64,000 bases of DNA from Planctomycetota bacterium (GCA_965223505.1 CBDCWP010000044.1:249292-313291); one strand, 5' to 3'; positions 28,334-39,226 are shown, numbered from the stretch's first letter. Notes: a model not told the origin generated them from the letters alone. A program made the numbers and translations.

Positions 28334-28664
28334 GCGCGTGAAGGTGATTCTGCTCACGCTTGGCCGGCAGTGGAGCGTTGGCGATGCGTGCGAGCGTTTG
28401 GGCATCGGCCGAACGCGCTTCCAGGATCTTCGACGTAGGTTCTTGCAGGCCGGCGTTGAGGCGCTTGAAGGCGGCGCTTGTGGCCGGCCGCGCGCCGTGC
28501 TGCCTGACGACGATCATGAGCTTGAGCGCGAGGTGTCGAAGCTACGGCACCGAGTGCGCGTGGTGCGAACGCAGGTGGACATCTTCGATTGCGGGCTTGG
28601 CGAGGCGCCGCGGGTTCGGCACGCGCTGCATGTGGCGCACCAGGGAGGATGGAGGCAGGGATGA
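28269..28664 (+). CDS. Small HTH protein, ORF3
   Basis: VILLTLGRQWSVGDACERLGIGRTRFQDLRRR..GRPR; overlaps ORF2. Confidence 0.8.
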   Translation: MGRRSEMPTLVARTSASETARERVKVILLTLGRQWSVGDACERLGIGRTRFQDLRRRFLQAGVEALEGGACGRPRAVLPDDDHELEREVSKLRHRVRVVRTQVDIFDCGLGEAPRVRHALHVAHQGGWRQG

Positions 28665-29767
28665 GCGAGAGGATGTCGTACGAGGAGCAGGTGAAGTTCC
28701 GGCTTCAGGCCGTGGAGGTGATGCGGCGAAGTGGCTGGGACAAGGAAACACGCGCCTACCTGGCGCGAGTCCTTGGCGTGGCCGAGCGAACGATCAGGCG
28801 GTGGGAGCTTCGCGTTCGCCAGGGCAAGCCGGTGTACGAGAAGCGTGGCCGCAAGGCCGATGACGTACCACGAGCGAAGCGGCAGAAGGTGCTGCGTGCG
28901 ATGTTCGAGCTCGGGCCGTTCTCGGGTGTGACCGTACTTCGGGGAATGTTCAGCGACGTGCCGTATCGAGTGCTCTCAGAGATGAAGAGGCGCCTGCTAC
29001 GGGTGGCGCTGCGTCGATGGCGCTGGTATCGGAGGCGGCTAAAGTGGGTTCGTGCCGGGGCGGTGTGGGCGGCGGACTTCACCAGGCCCAAGGCTGGCCT
29101 GTGGCAGGGCAAGGATCGACTGTTCCTGGTTCGCGATCTCGGAAGCGGAGCGCAGCTGGCGGCCGTAGCCTGCCGGGGCGAGAAGACGAAGACTGTGTGC
29201 GCGGCGCTGCTCGCATTGATCACGCTGTTCGGAGCGCCGCTCATTCTGAAGAAGGACAACGCCGGCGCATTTCGCTCGGAACAGACGGCCGCGTTGCTCG
29301 AGGAGCACGGCATCACGCCACTCACGTCGCCGCCGTACACGCCCGCCTACAACGGCGCGTGCGAGCGCAGCGGCGGGAACTTCAAGCGACGTGTACAGCA
29401 CATCGCGCAGATGGAAGGACATCCCCGCATCTGGCTACCTCAAAACCTCGACGACGCCTTGCTCGTTGCGAATACGACGGCGAGGCCATGGGGTGCGACC
29501 GGGCCCACGCCGGCGGAGGCCCTCGAAGACCGCCGGCCCATCACGAGGCAAGAGAGAACGGCATTCGCGCACGATCTGAAGATCGAGACCGATGCCGCGC
29601 TCAAGACATTCAAGGAAAGAAACGCTAGAATGCCGACGTGCATCGAGCGCGCGTCAATCGACCGCAGCGCGACGCAGAGAACGCTCTGCAAGCACGGCTA
29701 TCTACAGTTCCGGAGAGGGCGTTTATCAACACTAGTTTCCGCTTGGCGGAGGCGGCCTAACGCGTAG
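28661..29767 (+). CDS. Second DDE integrase-core transposase, ORF4
   Basis: N-terminal HTH (LARVLGVAERTIRRW); WAADFT, LKKDNAGAF, PAYNGACER; ATGA coupling with ORF3. Confidence 0.88.
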   Translation: MSERMSYEEQVKFRLQAVEVMRRSGWDKETRAYLARVLGVAERTIRRWELRVRQGKPVYEKRGRKADDVPRAKRQKVLRAMFELGPFSGVTVLRGMFSDVPYRVLSEMKRRLLRVALRRWRWYRRRLKWVRAGAVWAADFTRPKAGLWQGKDRLFLVRDLGSGAQLAAVACRGEKTKTVCAALLALITLFGAPLILKKDNAGAFRSEQTAALLEEHGITPLTSPPYTPAYNGACERSGGNFKRRVQHIAQMEGHPRIWLPQNLDDALLVANTTARPWGATGPTPAEALEDRRPITRQERTAFAHDLKIETDAALKTFKERNARMPTCIERASIDRSATQRTLCKHGYLQFRRGRLSTLVSAWRRRPNA

Positions 29768-29838
29768 GGGACACAACGACACCCAGCCGTCGAAAAACCC
29801 CTGCGACGCCCGTCTCACTAGATCACAATCAAGTAACG

Positions 29839-31617
29839 ATGCAAAAACGCGCAACGGTCGTCGCTGCTAGTACAGCTGTCGCTATTCTCCTCGCCCTTTG
29901 GCTCTTCCTGGCGGAGGGTGAAGTGGGTTCCGACACTGGGCCTCACGAGTCCGCCGACGTGCAGAATGGAATTGCTGCGGGGCTGGATGTGCGCACTGGA
30001 CGAGTATCAGCGAGTACGAATGAGAGGGGCGACGACGCCCAGTCGAGCGACTACGTCGCGCGGATTGCCGGAACAGTCGTCGATGAGTGGGATCAACCTG
30101 CTTCGGGAGGACGCCTTCGGCTCCTACGTGCGCCTCCAGGCACCAAGTGGGCAGCTGAGCCGATCGTCTCTCCAGAGGGGCGTTTCGAGACGGAGATAGG
30201 ATTCGCGGATCCAGCACGCGTGGGTCTGATCTACATCGGGCCAAAGGAGCTTAGATCTGTAGTTGAGTGGGTAGATCTCAAGCCAGACGCCGATGTCGCC
30301 GAGCTAACTCTGTTTGCGTTTCGCGCAGCACGACTTCGAATCAGAGTGATGGACGCCACTGGAAGAACCGTTGAAGGTGCACGGATAGCCCAAGTGCCCT
30401 TGAACATGCTGACTGGTTCCGTCCTTACTGACTCCCAAGGCTGGGCGGACGCGCTGGTGCCCGCCGAACCGTTGTCTGCCGTGAGGGCGACTGGCCCGGA
30501 CGGCACGAGCGGTCAAACCAAGGGGCTGTTCCTGCTGCCCGGCGAAGAGCGCGAAGTCGATATTCGACTCTTGGATTCGGCCCTGCGTGTTCCGGTTTCG
30601 CTTGTGTCAGGCGGCGACGCGAATGTTGGCGGGAAGAGAATGTCGATTCGATTCGACCTCCCTCCTACTGAAGTCGTGCAGGCGATAGTCGACGGACCGC
30701 CGATCTTCGTTGATCTCACTCCGCGGCAACGACGACTCAGCGCACGCGTCTGGGGTGATGGAATCGATGCGACAAGGCACAGTTGGCAGGACGTCCTCAA
30801 ACCCGACCTACTCGACGGGCTGTCAATACCGGTCGGGTTCAGGTCGCGAACGACGGTAGTCGTGACGGATGCGCGCGGCGATCCACTACGCAACCTTCAC
30901 GTTGAGCTCGTGCGCTCCGATTCCAACAGAACGACCCCACGAGTACTGAGAGCCACCACGGATTGGAACGGGGCCGCCCAGTTCAATGCGCTGCACCACG
31001 GTGAATACGTCGCTAGCGCTTTCGGCCAGCAGTTGGGGAGGCTCGTTGTCGATGCGCCTAGGTCGGTTCATCAGTTGTCACTCATGTCGGCGGGTGTTGT
31101 GGGAGGAAACTACGCCGGACCTGACCGTATTGGGCGGACCTTGATCGGCTTGAGTGTGAGATCGGAGTCAGGCCAGACGTTCAGATGGCCCTCCGCCGGT
31201 TGGCACTCGAACGCGCGCTGGGAGGTATGTGTCCCATTCCCTGCAGGATCATCGGTAGCGATCGAACTGATTAGCAGCAGAAAGACCGTTGCCGGTCCCA
31301 TCGAGTGTGCTGTTGGAGATCGGCAAGTGGAACTCCCACTGCCGACGTTTACACAAATCAATGTTCGTGCAGGAAAGCGAGTGCGCGTGCGGGGTTGGCT
31401 ACAGTTGCGGCGCGAAGGCGAAGCCGGGGGTAAGAACTTCCCGATTGACAAACGAAACAGCACAGTCGTGCTTCCACGACTTGAGCCGGGAACGTATCAA
31501 GTGTTCTACTCCACAACCCTGTGGGGAAACTCCGTTCTCGGTACAAAGCACGCGCCGGTGGCGTCGCTCGTTGTTCTGGACGGCCAGACCGCGTATGAGG
31601 TCGATGTTGGGTCTTGA
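29839..31617 (+). CDS. Membrane-anchored carboxypeptidase-regulatory-like domain protein
   Basis: N-terminal TM; IAGTVVDEWDQP, RVMDATGRTVEGA, VTDARGDPL..TDWNGAAQF. Confidence 0.75.
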   Translation: MQKRATVVAASTAVAILLALWLFLAEGEVGSDTGPHESADVQNGIAAGLDVRTGRVSASTNERGDDAQSSDYVARIAGTVVDEWDQPASGGRLRLLRAPPGTKWAAEPIVSPEGRFETEIGFADPARVGLIYIGPKELRSVVEWVDLKPDADVAELTLFAFRAARLRIRVMDATGRTVEGARIAQVPLNMLTGSVLTDSQGWADALVPAEPLSAVRATGPDGTSGQTKGLFLLPGEEREVDIRLLDSALRVPVSLVSGGDANVGGKRMSIRFDLPPTEVVQAIVDGPPIFVDLTPRQRRLSARVWGDGIDATRHSWQDVLKPDLLDGLSIPVGFRSRTTVVVTDARGDPLRNLHVELVRSDSNRTTPRVLRATTDWNGAAQFNALHHGEYVASAFGQQLGRLVVDAPRSVHQLSLMSAGVVGGNYAGPDRIGRTLIGLSVRSESGQTFRWPSAGWHSNARWEVCVPFPAGSSVAIELISSRKTVAGPIECAVGDRQVELPLPTFTQINVRAGKRVRVRGWLQLRREGEAGGKNFPIDKRNSTVVLPRLEPGTYQVFYSTTLWGNSVLGTKHAPVASLVVLDGQTAYEVDVGS

Positions 31618-31920
31618 GGCCTCAGCCCCATGGTCAACGGCGGCGGGCACAGTGCCTTGCCTATGGGCAGAGCTGTGGTGAGCAAGATGAGAGTGGAGGA
31701 GCCGCCCGGATGGCGCCAAGAAGACGCCAGTCGGAAGGTCTTGGCGCAACGGACCTGACCCTCCCCAAGGCGTAACCAGCTCTCAGCGTCGCCTAGTGGC
31801 AACTCCATGCCAAAGCGGGCCTGAGCGAAGCGACCGAATCGTAGTCCAAGAGCTGGGGCACCTCGAGTGACTTTCCCCGGGTAGGCAGCCTGTCGAGGCA
31901 CGTCAAGAGAAGCGTTGGAA

Positions 31921-32385
31921 CTACTCCTCGGGAATCGTGACCGCGACCCGAAACCCAACTACGGATTCCCCCTTCTGTGGTGGGAATCTCTGTCTTGAAG
32001 ACGCGCGCAAGTCGTGCGGACTACTCAGCCACGTCCCGCCCCGGACGACTCGCTCAATCCCGGTCGTCGGGCCTGTCGGGTCTCTCGTCGGCGAGTCTCG
32101 GTAGTAGGACTCTCCGAACCAGTCCGAACACCACTCGCACACGTTGCCGAGCATGTCGTAAAGGCCCCACGGATTAGGAGCAAATGAGCCCACCGGCGCA
32201 CTGACACGATATCCGTCGTCGTGGGCGAACGAGGCCCAGTCGAGCCCGAACAGTTGCGCGGTCGTGGAGTCATTCGCGTTGGCAAAGCAGTGCGCATGGC
32301 TGTCGTCGTCGCCCCAAAAGCGGGTCGTGGTGGTCTCCGCTCGGCAGGCGTACTCCCACTCGGCCTCAGTCGGCAATCGGTATAT
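31921..32385 (-). pseudogene. FGE-sulfatase domain C-terminal fragment (5'-truncated)
   Basis: YRLPTEAEWEYACRA..PNPWGLYDMLGNVCEW..RVVRGG..GFRVA; no N-terminal half. Confidence 0.85.
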
Positions 32386-32439
32386 ACAGCCCTTCAGGCC
32401 GTTCCCCCAGCTTCGCGAGTTCGCCACATCGTGGGCGAC

Positions 32440-32525
32440 GAAGAACGCTCCTGGCAAGTCAACGCTGCTTCTCAACATGATCCTGCAAGACCTAAAGTCC
32501 GGAGAAGGACTGGCGCTCGGGCGGG
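32440..32525 (+). pseudogene. Short VirD4/TraD/HerA-like P-loop ATPase fragment
   Basis: PGKSTLLLNMILQDLKSGEGLAL resembles the Walker A region of T4SS coupling proteins. Confidence 0.4.
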
Positions 32526-32761
32526 AGCCCTACGCGCCCTTTGTGACCTGCGCAATACCAGATCGGCGCGTGGTCCACGGTCCACGACGCAGCGTGTCAC
32601 ACTGACCAACGGTGAGTGACACCTGCGTCGGACCTAGGACGTATCCTGTGGGAGACGGAAGGGTCAGCGGGCCCCGCGAGGGGGTATGGGGGTTCTATGA
32701 ACGGCTGGTGCGTCAGGCAATCGCTGTGTAGCGCAGGCAAGACACTTCAGCGTGCGCGGTT

Positions 32762-33644
32762 CAGTCTGGCTTCGCCACGCTGCGCCGTGTGGCGACGTAC
32801 GCCGTCGTACGCCGTTTGCGCGGCGGGCGCCGAGGCGATGCGAGTGCTGATCAACGAGTCCATGAGAATCGAACGCAGGCCTTCCTCGGCGCTGAACCGC
32901 ACGAGCGCAGCGAGCAGCGTCGGGTACGCGGGTTCAAGCCCAGCGCGTTCGCGTCGCCGCTGTTTTACCCATCGAGCCTTGAACGCGGCCAGCGAAGCGA
33001 GAGACAGTTTCGTGGCAGCTCCACGAGCGTGTCGCGAGCAGCTGCGCTGCTCGATGAAGTGGCGCACACGGCCGCTCGGGGCCAAGTACCTCGTGCTCGA
33101 TGCCCGCTACGAGAAGGTGCGCCACGGCGGATCGGTGCGCGACTGCGCGCTGTCATCGCCATCGGCATCGGCCACGACGGCAGGCGCAGCGTGCTGGGAA
33201 CGAGCGTGAGCCTTTCGGAAGCCGAGGTTCACTGGCGCGAGTTCCTCAGCTCGCTTCCAGGACCACTGCATGGCGTCGAGCTCATCACCAGCGACGGCAC
33301 GCTTGGCCGCCGCGCGGCCCTTCGCCGGTGTGCGCTTCGAGCTTCGACGCGACGTCGCCGCTGATCTTCGCGCCGCGTTCAACGCACGTCGCGGCGCGGC
33401 AGAAGCTGAGGCCTTCGTAAAGAACCGTGACAAGCCCGGCCGCTTGGCGCCGAGGAGAAACGATTCAACGCCACAGGGCGCACCACCAACAGCCTCAGAA
33501 GATCCGCGCGTTGCGCCACGAAGCGTCCTTGCTGCGGCGAGACAGACGACGAATCGAAACCGGACGGAGGTACCAAGCTGGCTTGCCCAGTCTGGCCCAC
33601 GCTGCGCCGTGTGGCGACGTACGCCGTCTTTTGCGCGGCGGGCG
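32762..33644 (+). repeat. ~60-bp imperfect direct repeat (32,762-32,829 and 33,588-33,644) flanking a degenerate IS256 segment
   Basis: CAGTCTGGC..CCACGCTGCGCCGTGTGGCGACGTACGCCGTC..TTTGCGCGGCGGGCG occurs twice. Confidence 0.85.
32828..33573 (+). pseudogene. Heavily deleted IS256 transposase copy (possibly an assembly artefact)
   Basis: Colinear with 46,211-47,298 but with many small deletions. Confidence 0.8.
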
Positions 33645-33858
33645 TTCAGCCAGTGTGCCACAGGGCCGTACGCGGCCCTGTTGCGCTTCGAGACTGCATG
33701 GCTGAGACCGTGCGGCCGCCGCCAACGAACGCCACAGGGCGCTCAGAAGCGCGCACGCCACTTTGCGGCGACAGACACGCTCGCCCAATCTAGGACCTGT
33801 TCTTTGTTGCGCGTCCTCGACGAATCTGCAGTGCGACATCAGTGGTCAGCAGGGCTCC

Positions 33859-34722
33859 CTACTTCGACTGCAACGACGCGACGACGCGGAATCCGATGAA
33901 GTCGATGGCGTAGTCCGCGTACGCCGACCATCGGTTCGCCGAGCGCGCCTGCCAGGATGCATTGAGCCAACTGCCCCCACGCAGAGCTCGCTGCCTTCCC
34001 CATGGATGCACCAGCTCATCCGCGCACCACTCCCAGACATTGCCGTGCATGTCGTATAGGCCCCAAGGATTCGGGGAGTACGTGCCCGCGTTCACAGTCC
34101 GGTTGGGCGCACTTGCTGACCGATCCGTTGGTAGGTAGAGCCCGTATCCATTCCAGTTGGCGTCCTTTACGGAGATGGTCTCCCCCGTGGAGAACGGCGT
34201 CTTCGTTCCGGCCCGACAGGCGTACTCCCACTCTGCCTCCGTCGGGAGCCGATAGTGGTGCCTCGGGTCCCGGTCGCTGAGCCATCTGCAGAACGACATC
34301 GCATCGTCCCACGAGACCTTGATCACAGGCTGGTCGGGCGCGTCGCCGGGCAACTGGTCTACGCCGCTTATCATGTTCCCACTGTCGTGCACGGGTCTGA
34401 ACCTCGTGTACTGGGAGTTCGTAGTCTCCGTCGTGTGTATATAGAAATGGCGCTCGACCTGTACGGTTCGTAGCTGCTCGTCTTCGTGTCGGGCGTGTTC
34501 CGATTCCGGAGAGCCCATCGTGAAGGACCCCGCGGGAATCAGAACGAATCGCATCCCGATATCGTTCTCCCACGCCACGGGAATGCCTAGCCTAGCGGCT
34601 TCTCGCCTCTGCTCGTCGCTCCCCTTGAACCAGGCCGGAGGTTCGGGAGGGAGAGCGTTCGGGTCTTCGCCGCAAGCTGCAAGAAGGAGGCTCATTACGA
34701 CTGTCAACAGGCACCGCGTCAT
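33859..34722 (-). CDS. FGE-sulfatase (SUMF1/EgtB/PvdO-like) domain lipoprotein
   Basis: Lipobox LAAC; FVLIPAGSFTMGS, YRLPTEAEWEYACRAG, PNPWGLYDMHGNVWEW, GFRVV. Confidence 0.9.
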   Translation of the reverse strand: MTRCLLTVVMSLLLAACGEDPNALPPEPPAWFKGSDEQRREAARLGIPVAWENDIGMRFVLIPAGSFTMGSPESEHARHEDEQLRTVQVERHFYIHTTETTNSQYTRFRPVHDSGNMISGVDQLPGDAPDQPVIKVSWDDAMSFCRWLSDRDPRHHYRLPTEAEWEYACRAGTKTPFSTGETISVKDANWNGYGLYLPTDRSASAPNRTVNAGTYSPNPWGLYDMHGNVWEWCADELVHPWGRQRALRGGSWLNASWQARSANRWSAYADYAIDFIGFRVVASLQSK

Positions 34723-36859
34723 CTCAGAGAAGATGGTAGCGCGCTCGAGCCAAAGCGGCCCCAGCGCAGCTACTTGCCGTTCTTTGGGGGGAAGGGGGCG
34801 AGCCGCAGTTGGACATCCTCACCTGTGGAAACGGTCTCCTCTGCCTTCCATACGACGTCATCCGGCGCGCGACACCACACACGAACGGTCCAATTCGAAT
34901 CCGGGAGCCCTTCGATCCTAAAACGTCCCTCGCTGTCGGGAGTACTGCCGGGTAGCCACCTTCGTCGATTGTCCGTGATGCTAATGCGAACTCTGGAGGA
35001 GTTCTTCGGGCGATTGACGATGCGACCGTCGATAGCTCCTCCAGTTCTTCGTTTGAGAACAAGCGATCCTACCTCGGCCGGGAATTCGACGTAGACGTAC
35101 TCTCCATCGACCGGGGTCATCCACGCCGCGTACGTGTCGCCGGGAACGAGGCCGTCGAGTGTCAGCCTGCGGCTGTTCCTCATTGAGAACACCGGGCTCA
35201 GGCTCCGGAAGTAGTCCCATCCTTCTTCCGTGAGCCTGATCACCGCTACTCGCGTCGCGTCGAAGTGTTGGCGGGAGAATCCTTTGGGGGCTCGGCCTAG
35301 CGCGGCAGTCTTTGGGATTACTACCGTAGCGCTGATCGTCGCCGGAAGACGGAACGTGACGTCGGTCAAGTCCTCTATCACGTTCAGTCTTGTCCACTTG
35401 CGAACCGGAGGCGGCGAATCCAGGGAGTACCTCTCTCGGGGTCCATAGCTCGCGTCCCACATCGTCTCGCGCTGGCGGTCGACGATCCCGCCCATATCGC
35501 CGCCATCGTCCAACCCCATGTAGATCACTCCCGCCGGAACGCCATGAAACTCAAAGCTCCCGTCATGGGTAGTCGAGTAGACGCCGAAGCCAACGCTCGT
35601 GCACATTCCAACGTGGCAGTTCTTCACGGGGAGGTCATTGGTGTCCAGGACCTGCCCCGAGACCATGTATCCCTTCTCGAGTTGAATCGTCGTCTCAGCT
35701 GGTATCCAGTGCTCAAGCGCGTATTCCGCGAGAAACGGGGGCTTCCTGGGCTCCGCCTTTGGCTGCCCGTGCCAGGAAGGTGTTGGATCCCTGATGATCT
35801 CGTATTCGTAGTAAGGGTTGACGGTCAGCTTGTAGGTCCGCTCCGGATCCACACGCTCAAGCACAGCGACGCCTTGCGCGTTGGTTCGTGCGTGAGTGAT
35901 CGACCCGAACCCGTTCTCACCCGGTTTCATCAACCGTACGTAGGCGCCTTTGACTGGCTTCAGCTCCGGCCCGACTACGGTTACACGTGCGTGGGTGGGG
36001 CTGCGAACACGAAGCTCCAACGGGTTGTCGCTCACGCGAACCTCTTGCTTGATCCGTAGAAATGGCCTCGGCACGTTGACGCTCAGTTCGTGAACGATGT
36101 CTCGAAAGAACGCGACGCGGAATCGTCCGGCCTCGTCTGTCCGAACGATCGTCTTGAGCCCCTCGTGGGGCAGTCTCTGCGGAAGCGCGGTCGAGGGCGA
36201 CTCAACGCCGGCGTCGATCAGATCATCGTCATCGATCGTCTCCCACCAGCGGTCTAGAGGACGAAGCTCGATCTCGAAAGACTCCGCAAAGGGCCCTCGC
36301 TGGCCCAGCACCACGCCCTCAACCACGGCCCCGCGTTGCATCCGTATGTCTACTTCGCTTCGTTCAAGGGCAAGCGGTCCAACGCGTACCGGAGCGTAGG
36401 GCAGCCCATGGTCGCTTGTATCGCGTGCGCCCCAGACTTCGAGGTCTGCGTGGGCCCATTGCTCGGCCTCGCCCTTGAGAGTGAGCGTGCCGTCGGCCCC
36501 AGTGCCGAGGTCCATGTATCCGTTCGGTGACAGCAGCCGAGCGTCGAATCGCGGTACGGGAATTCTATCCGGGCTCAAGACGCGTATCCGCAGTGTTCCG
36601 GACGACGGTGTGAGTCGGAGTTGGAGGTCAGTGACTCCCGTGTTCGTCCAGCTCTCAGCTGTGAGACGCTGCGTCCCCTCGATGACAAAGGCGCACACCC
36701 TGTAGCAACCCTCTTCAGGCACCTCAAACACGAAGGAGCCGTCTTCGGCGACCGTCGTGCTCACGACGCTCTCGCTGCCCTGCCGCACCGCGAGTACTTC
36801 GGTGCCGATAGTGGGGCGGCCGTCACCGCGAGTTACGCGGCCACCGACCTTGAAAGAGG

Positions 36860-38257
36860 GGCAGAGCAACGTTCTTTCTGTAAATCGCTGAGCGGTTGAT
36901 CAAGCGTCGTCCCTCGGCAAGTACCTCCGTCCGGTTTCCCATTCCTCGCTGATCTCGATGAGCACCGCGCTTGCGAGCCGCAGCAAGGACGCTTCGTTCG
37001 GAAACAATCCGGCGACGCGAGTGCGGCGGCGGATCTGCTGATTCAGGTTCTCGAGGCTGTTGGTGGTGCGAAGGCGCTTGCGCTGCGCTTCGTTCAGGCC
37101 GAGATCGAACACGGTGAAGCCCTGCGGAATGTTCTCTTCGGCCCAGCGCGCCAGGTCGGGCGCGGGCTTGTCCCACTTCTTCACGAAGGCCTTGAGCTTC
37201 TCTTCGGCCTCGCGACGCGACGTCGCATTGAACGCGGCGCGAAGGTCAGCGGCAACGTCGCGTCGAAGCTTCTGGCGCGGAACGTAGCTCTGCGCGTTCT
37301 GCTGCAGGTGGAACTGGCAGCGCTGCCAGGCCACGCCGGCGAACCGCGCCGCCAGCGCGGCCGCAATGCCCTTGTGGCCGTCGCTGGTGATGAGCTCGAC
37401 GCCGTGAAGGCCGCGATCCTGGAGAGAAGCGAGGAACTCGCGCCAATGGACCTCGGCCTCCGAGAGGCTCACGCTCGTTCCCAGCACGCTGCGCTTGCCG
37501 TGAGAATCGACGCCGATGGCGATCAGCACAGCGCAGTCGCGCACCGATCCGCCGTGGCGCACCTTCTCGTAGCGAGCGTCGAGTACGAGGTACTTGAACG
37601 CGCCGAGCGGACGTGTGCGCCAGCGCTCGAGCTCCTCGTCGAGCAGCGCAGCTGCTCGAGACACGCTCGTGGAGCTGATCTCCAGGCCGTTGCAAAGCAC
37701 CTTCGTGATCGCCTCGACACGCCGCGTCGAGACGCCCTGGACGTACATCTCCGCCAGGGCCAGCGTGAGCGCTCTCTCGCTTCGCTGGCCGCGTTCGAGG
37801 CTGGAGGGGTAGAACGTGTCGCCGCCCTCGACGTCGCGAACCTGGGGCACCTGGACGTCGATCTCGCCCAAGCGGGTTCTGACGCGCTTGCGCTTGAAGC
37901 CGTTGGCGTAGCCGCGGCGCTGATCCGTGCGTTCGTGGGGCTCGGCGCCGAGGAAGGCACTGCGTTCGACCTTCATGGCCTCGTTCACCAGCACCCGCAT
38001 CGCCTCAGCCATGCCGTCGAACCCGTTCTCGCTGAGCGCTTCCAGTGCGTCGCCCCAAGGCGTACGCTGTTCGTGGTGGGTCACGTCGTTCCTCCTTTGC
38101 GTGGTGTCGTTACCTGCAAAGGTACGGCGTTGATCCGCCACTCAGTTCGCCCCGGGAGATGGCGGCGCGCCCGCTTCGCTTGAATCAGCTAGCTGATTCA
38201 AGCGAAGCGAGCGCCTCTCCTCCGGGGAGCCATTTACAGAAAGAACGGTACACCCTC
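36860..38257 (-). mobile_element. IS256-family element, copy A, with 8-bp TSD GAAAGAGG
   Basis: 26-bp imperfect IRs sharing CGTTCTTTCTGTAAAT; GAAAGAGG at 36,852-59 and 38,258-65. Confidence 0.95.
36900..38084 (-). CDS. IS256-family transposase
   Basis: EMYVQGVSTRRV, LDARYEKVR, ITSDGHKG, QRCQFH, RTTNSLENLN. Confidence 0.95.
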   Translation of the reverse strand: MTHHEQRTPWGDALEALSENGFDGMAEAMRVLVNEAMKVERSAFLGAEPHERTDQRRGYANGFKRKRVRTRLGEIDVQVPQVRDVEGGDTFYPSSLERGQRSERALTLALAEMYVQGVSTRRVEAITKVLCNGLEISSTSVSRAAALLDEELERWRTRPLGAFKYLVLDARYEKVRHGGSVRDCAVLIAIGVDSHGKRSVLGTSVSLSEAEVHWREFLASLQDRGLHGVELITSDGHKGIAAALAARFAGVAWQRCQFHLQQNAQSYVPRQKLRRDVAADLRAAFNATSRREAEEKLKAFVKKWDKPAPDLARWAEENIPQGFTVFDLGLNEAQRKRLRTTNSLENLNQQIRRRTRVAGLFPNEASLLRLASAVLIEISEEWETGRRYLPRDDA

Positions 38258-38587
38258 GAAAGAGGCGACAGCAGTTTCGTGTCCGTGGCGACCGAGGGTC
38301 GGCGACTGGTCACTATCGGTAGAAGTCGGCGCGTCATGGTCGCCCCAGGGCTGGGCGCCACGATCCCAAAGCGCGAACCAGCCAATCACGGCAACAACAC
38401 ACACTGCCAATAACACCCATCGCGTGCGCATGGGCCACCTCCGCAGCACGCAGGGTACCAACGGTGCGGCTGGGCATCCTTACGGAGAAGAGCACCGTTG
38501 ATTGTCGGTCTCACATTGTCAGCCACTACGCCTGCCAAAGGGGGCAACGTCGTCAGACGCGCGCGTTGCATGTGTAAGATGGGAGCG

Positions 38588-39226
38588 ATGTTCCGCGCTC
38601 CTGTGCTTCTGCTGGCGATTCTCGGCGTGGGGGGGTGCGGAGATCCGACCGCGGCACCAACCACGAGGCTTGAATGCGCCTTTGATCAGAGAGCCGCCAA
38701 TCTAGCTCAGCACCTCTGGGAGGATCATCTAGGCGGCCGCGCATCACTCCCTGACGGAGAGGACGCTTGGTTCGCGCGGTTGAATGCCGCGCAAGCTGGC
38801 TCATCCGAGGGCCCCGCCCCGCAATGGCCGGGAGACGGTGGGAAGATCACGTTGTTTCGCGACCAAAGAGCAGCCTACGAACGTCCGCAGCAAGACTTCG
38901 AAAAAGGTTCCATCGCGGCAATCAAGGCGACGGGCGCATGGAAGCTCGGGCCAGACGAGGTGAGGCCAAGGCTCCTGACTCTCGAATTGTCTGAAGTCAA
39001 TGGAGTCGTCATGGACACGAAGCTGGAGTGGACGCTCTCTGTAAAGGGGCCCGTGGCAATCACGTTCGACTTTCCGGAACTTGATGACCCTGACGATCCG
39101 CCTCGCGAAACTTCTACTGTGGTGTTTCCGGGGCAGGCATCCAATGGAGTGAGCATCGCCCTTCGCCCCGTACCGCTTGTGTACAAAGCCCAGCTCGACA
39201 TCGAGAACTGGCTGATTGAGAAGTGA
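38588..39226 (+). CDS. Lipoprotein, unknown function
   Basis: MFRAPVLLLAILGVGGC lipobox. Confidence 0.65.
   Translation: MFRAPVLLLAILGVGGCGDPTAAPTTRLECAFDQRAANLAQHLWEDHLGGRASLPDGEDAWFARLNAAQAGSSEGPAPQWPGDGGKITLFRDQRAAYERPQQDFEKGSIAAIKATGAWKLGPDEVRPRLLTLELSEVNGVVMDTKLEWTLSVKGPVAITFDFPELDDPDDPPRETSTVVFPGQASNGVSIALRPVPLVYKAQLDIENWLIEK

Larger units (their letters stand above)
26367..29773 (+). mobile_element. 3,407-bp four-ORF element with two DDE transposases (copy 1)
   Basis: TGT...ACA ends with ~65-bp imperfect TIRs; near-identical inverted copy of the same length at 54,136-57,542. Confidence 0.92.
34770..38431 (-). pseudogene. Membrane-anchored carboxypeptidase-regulatory-like protein interrupted by IS256
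   Basis: N-terminus MRTRWVLLAVCVV.. at 38,431-38,258 joins FKVGGRVTRGDGRP.. at 36,859-34,770 across the TSD. Confidence 0.85.

Noticed and set aside
10154..34722. Diversity-generating retroelement suggested by three FGE/C-type-lectin domains
   Set aside because: No reverse transcriptase in the window, and no near-identical TR/VR pair differing at adenines was seen
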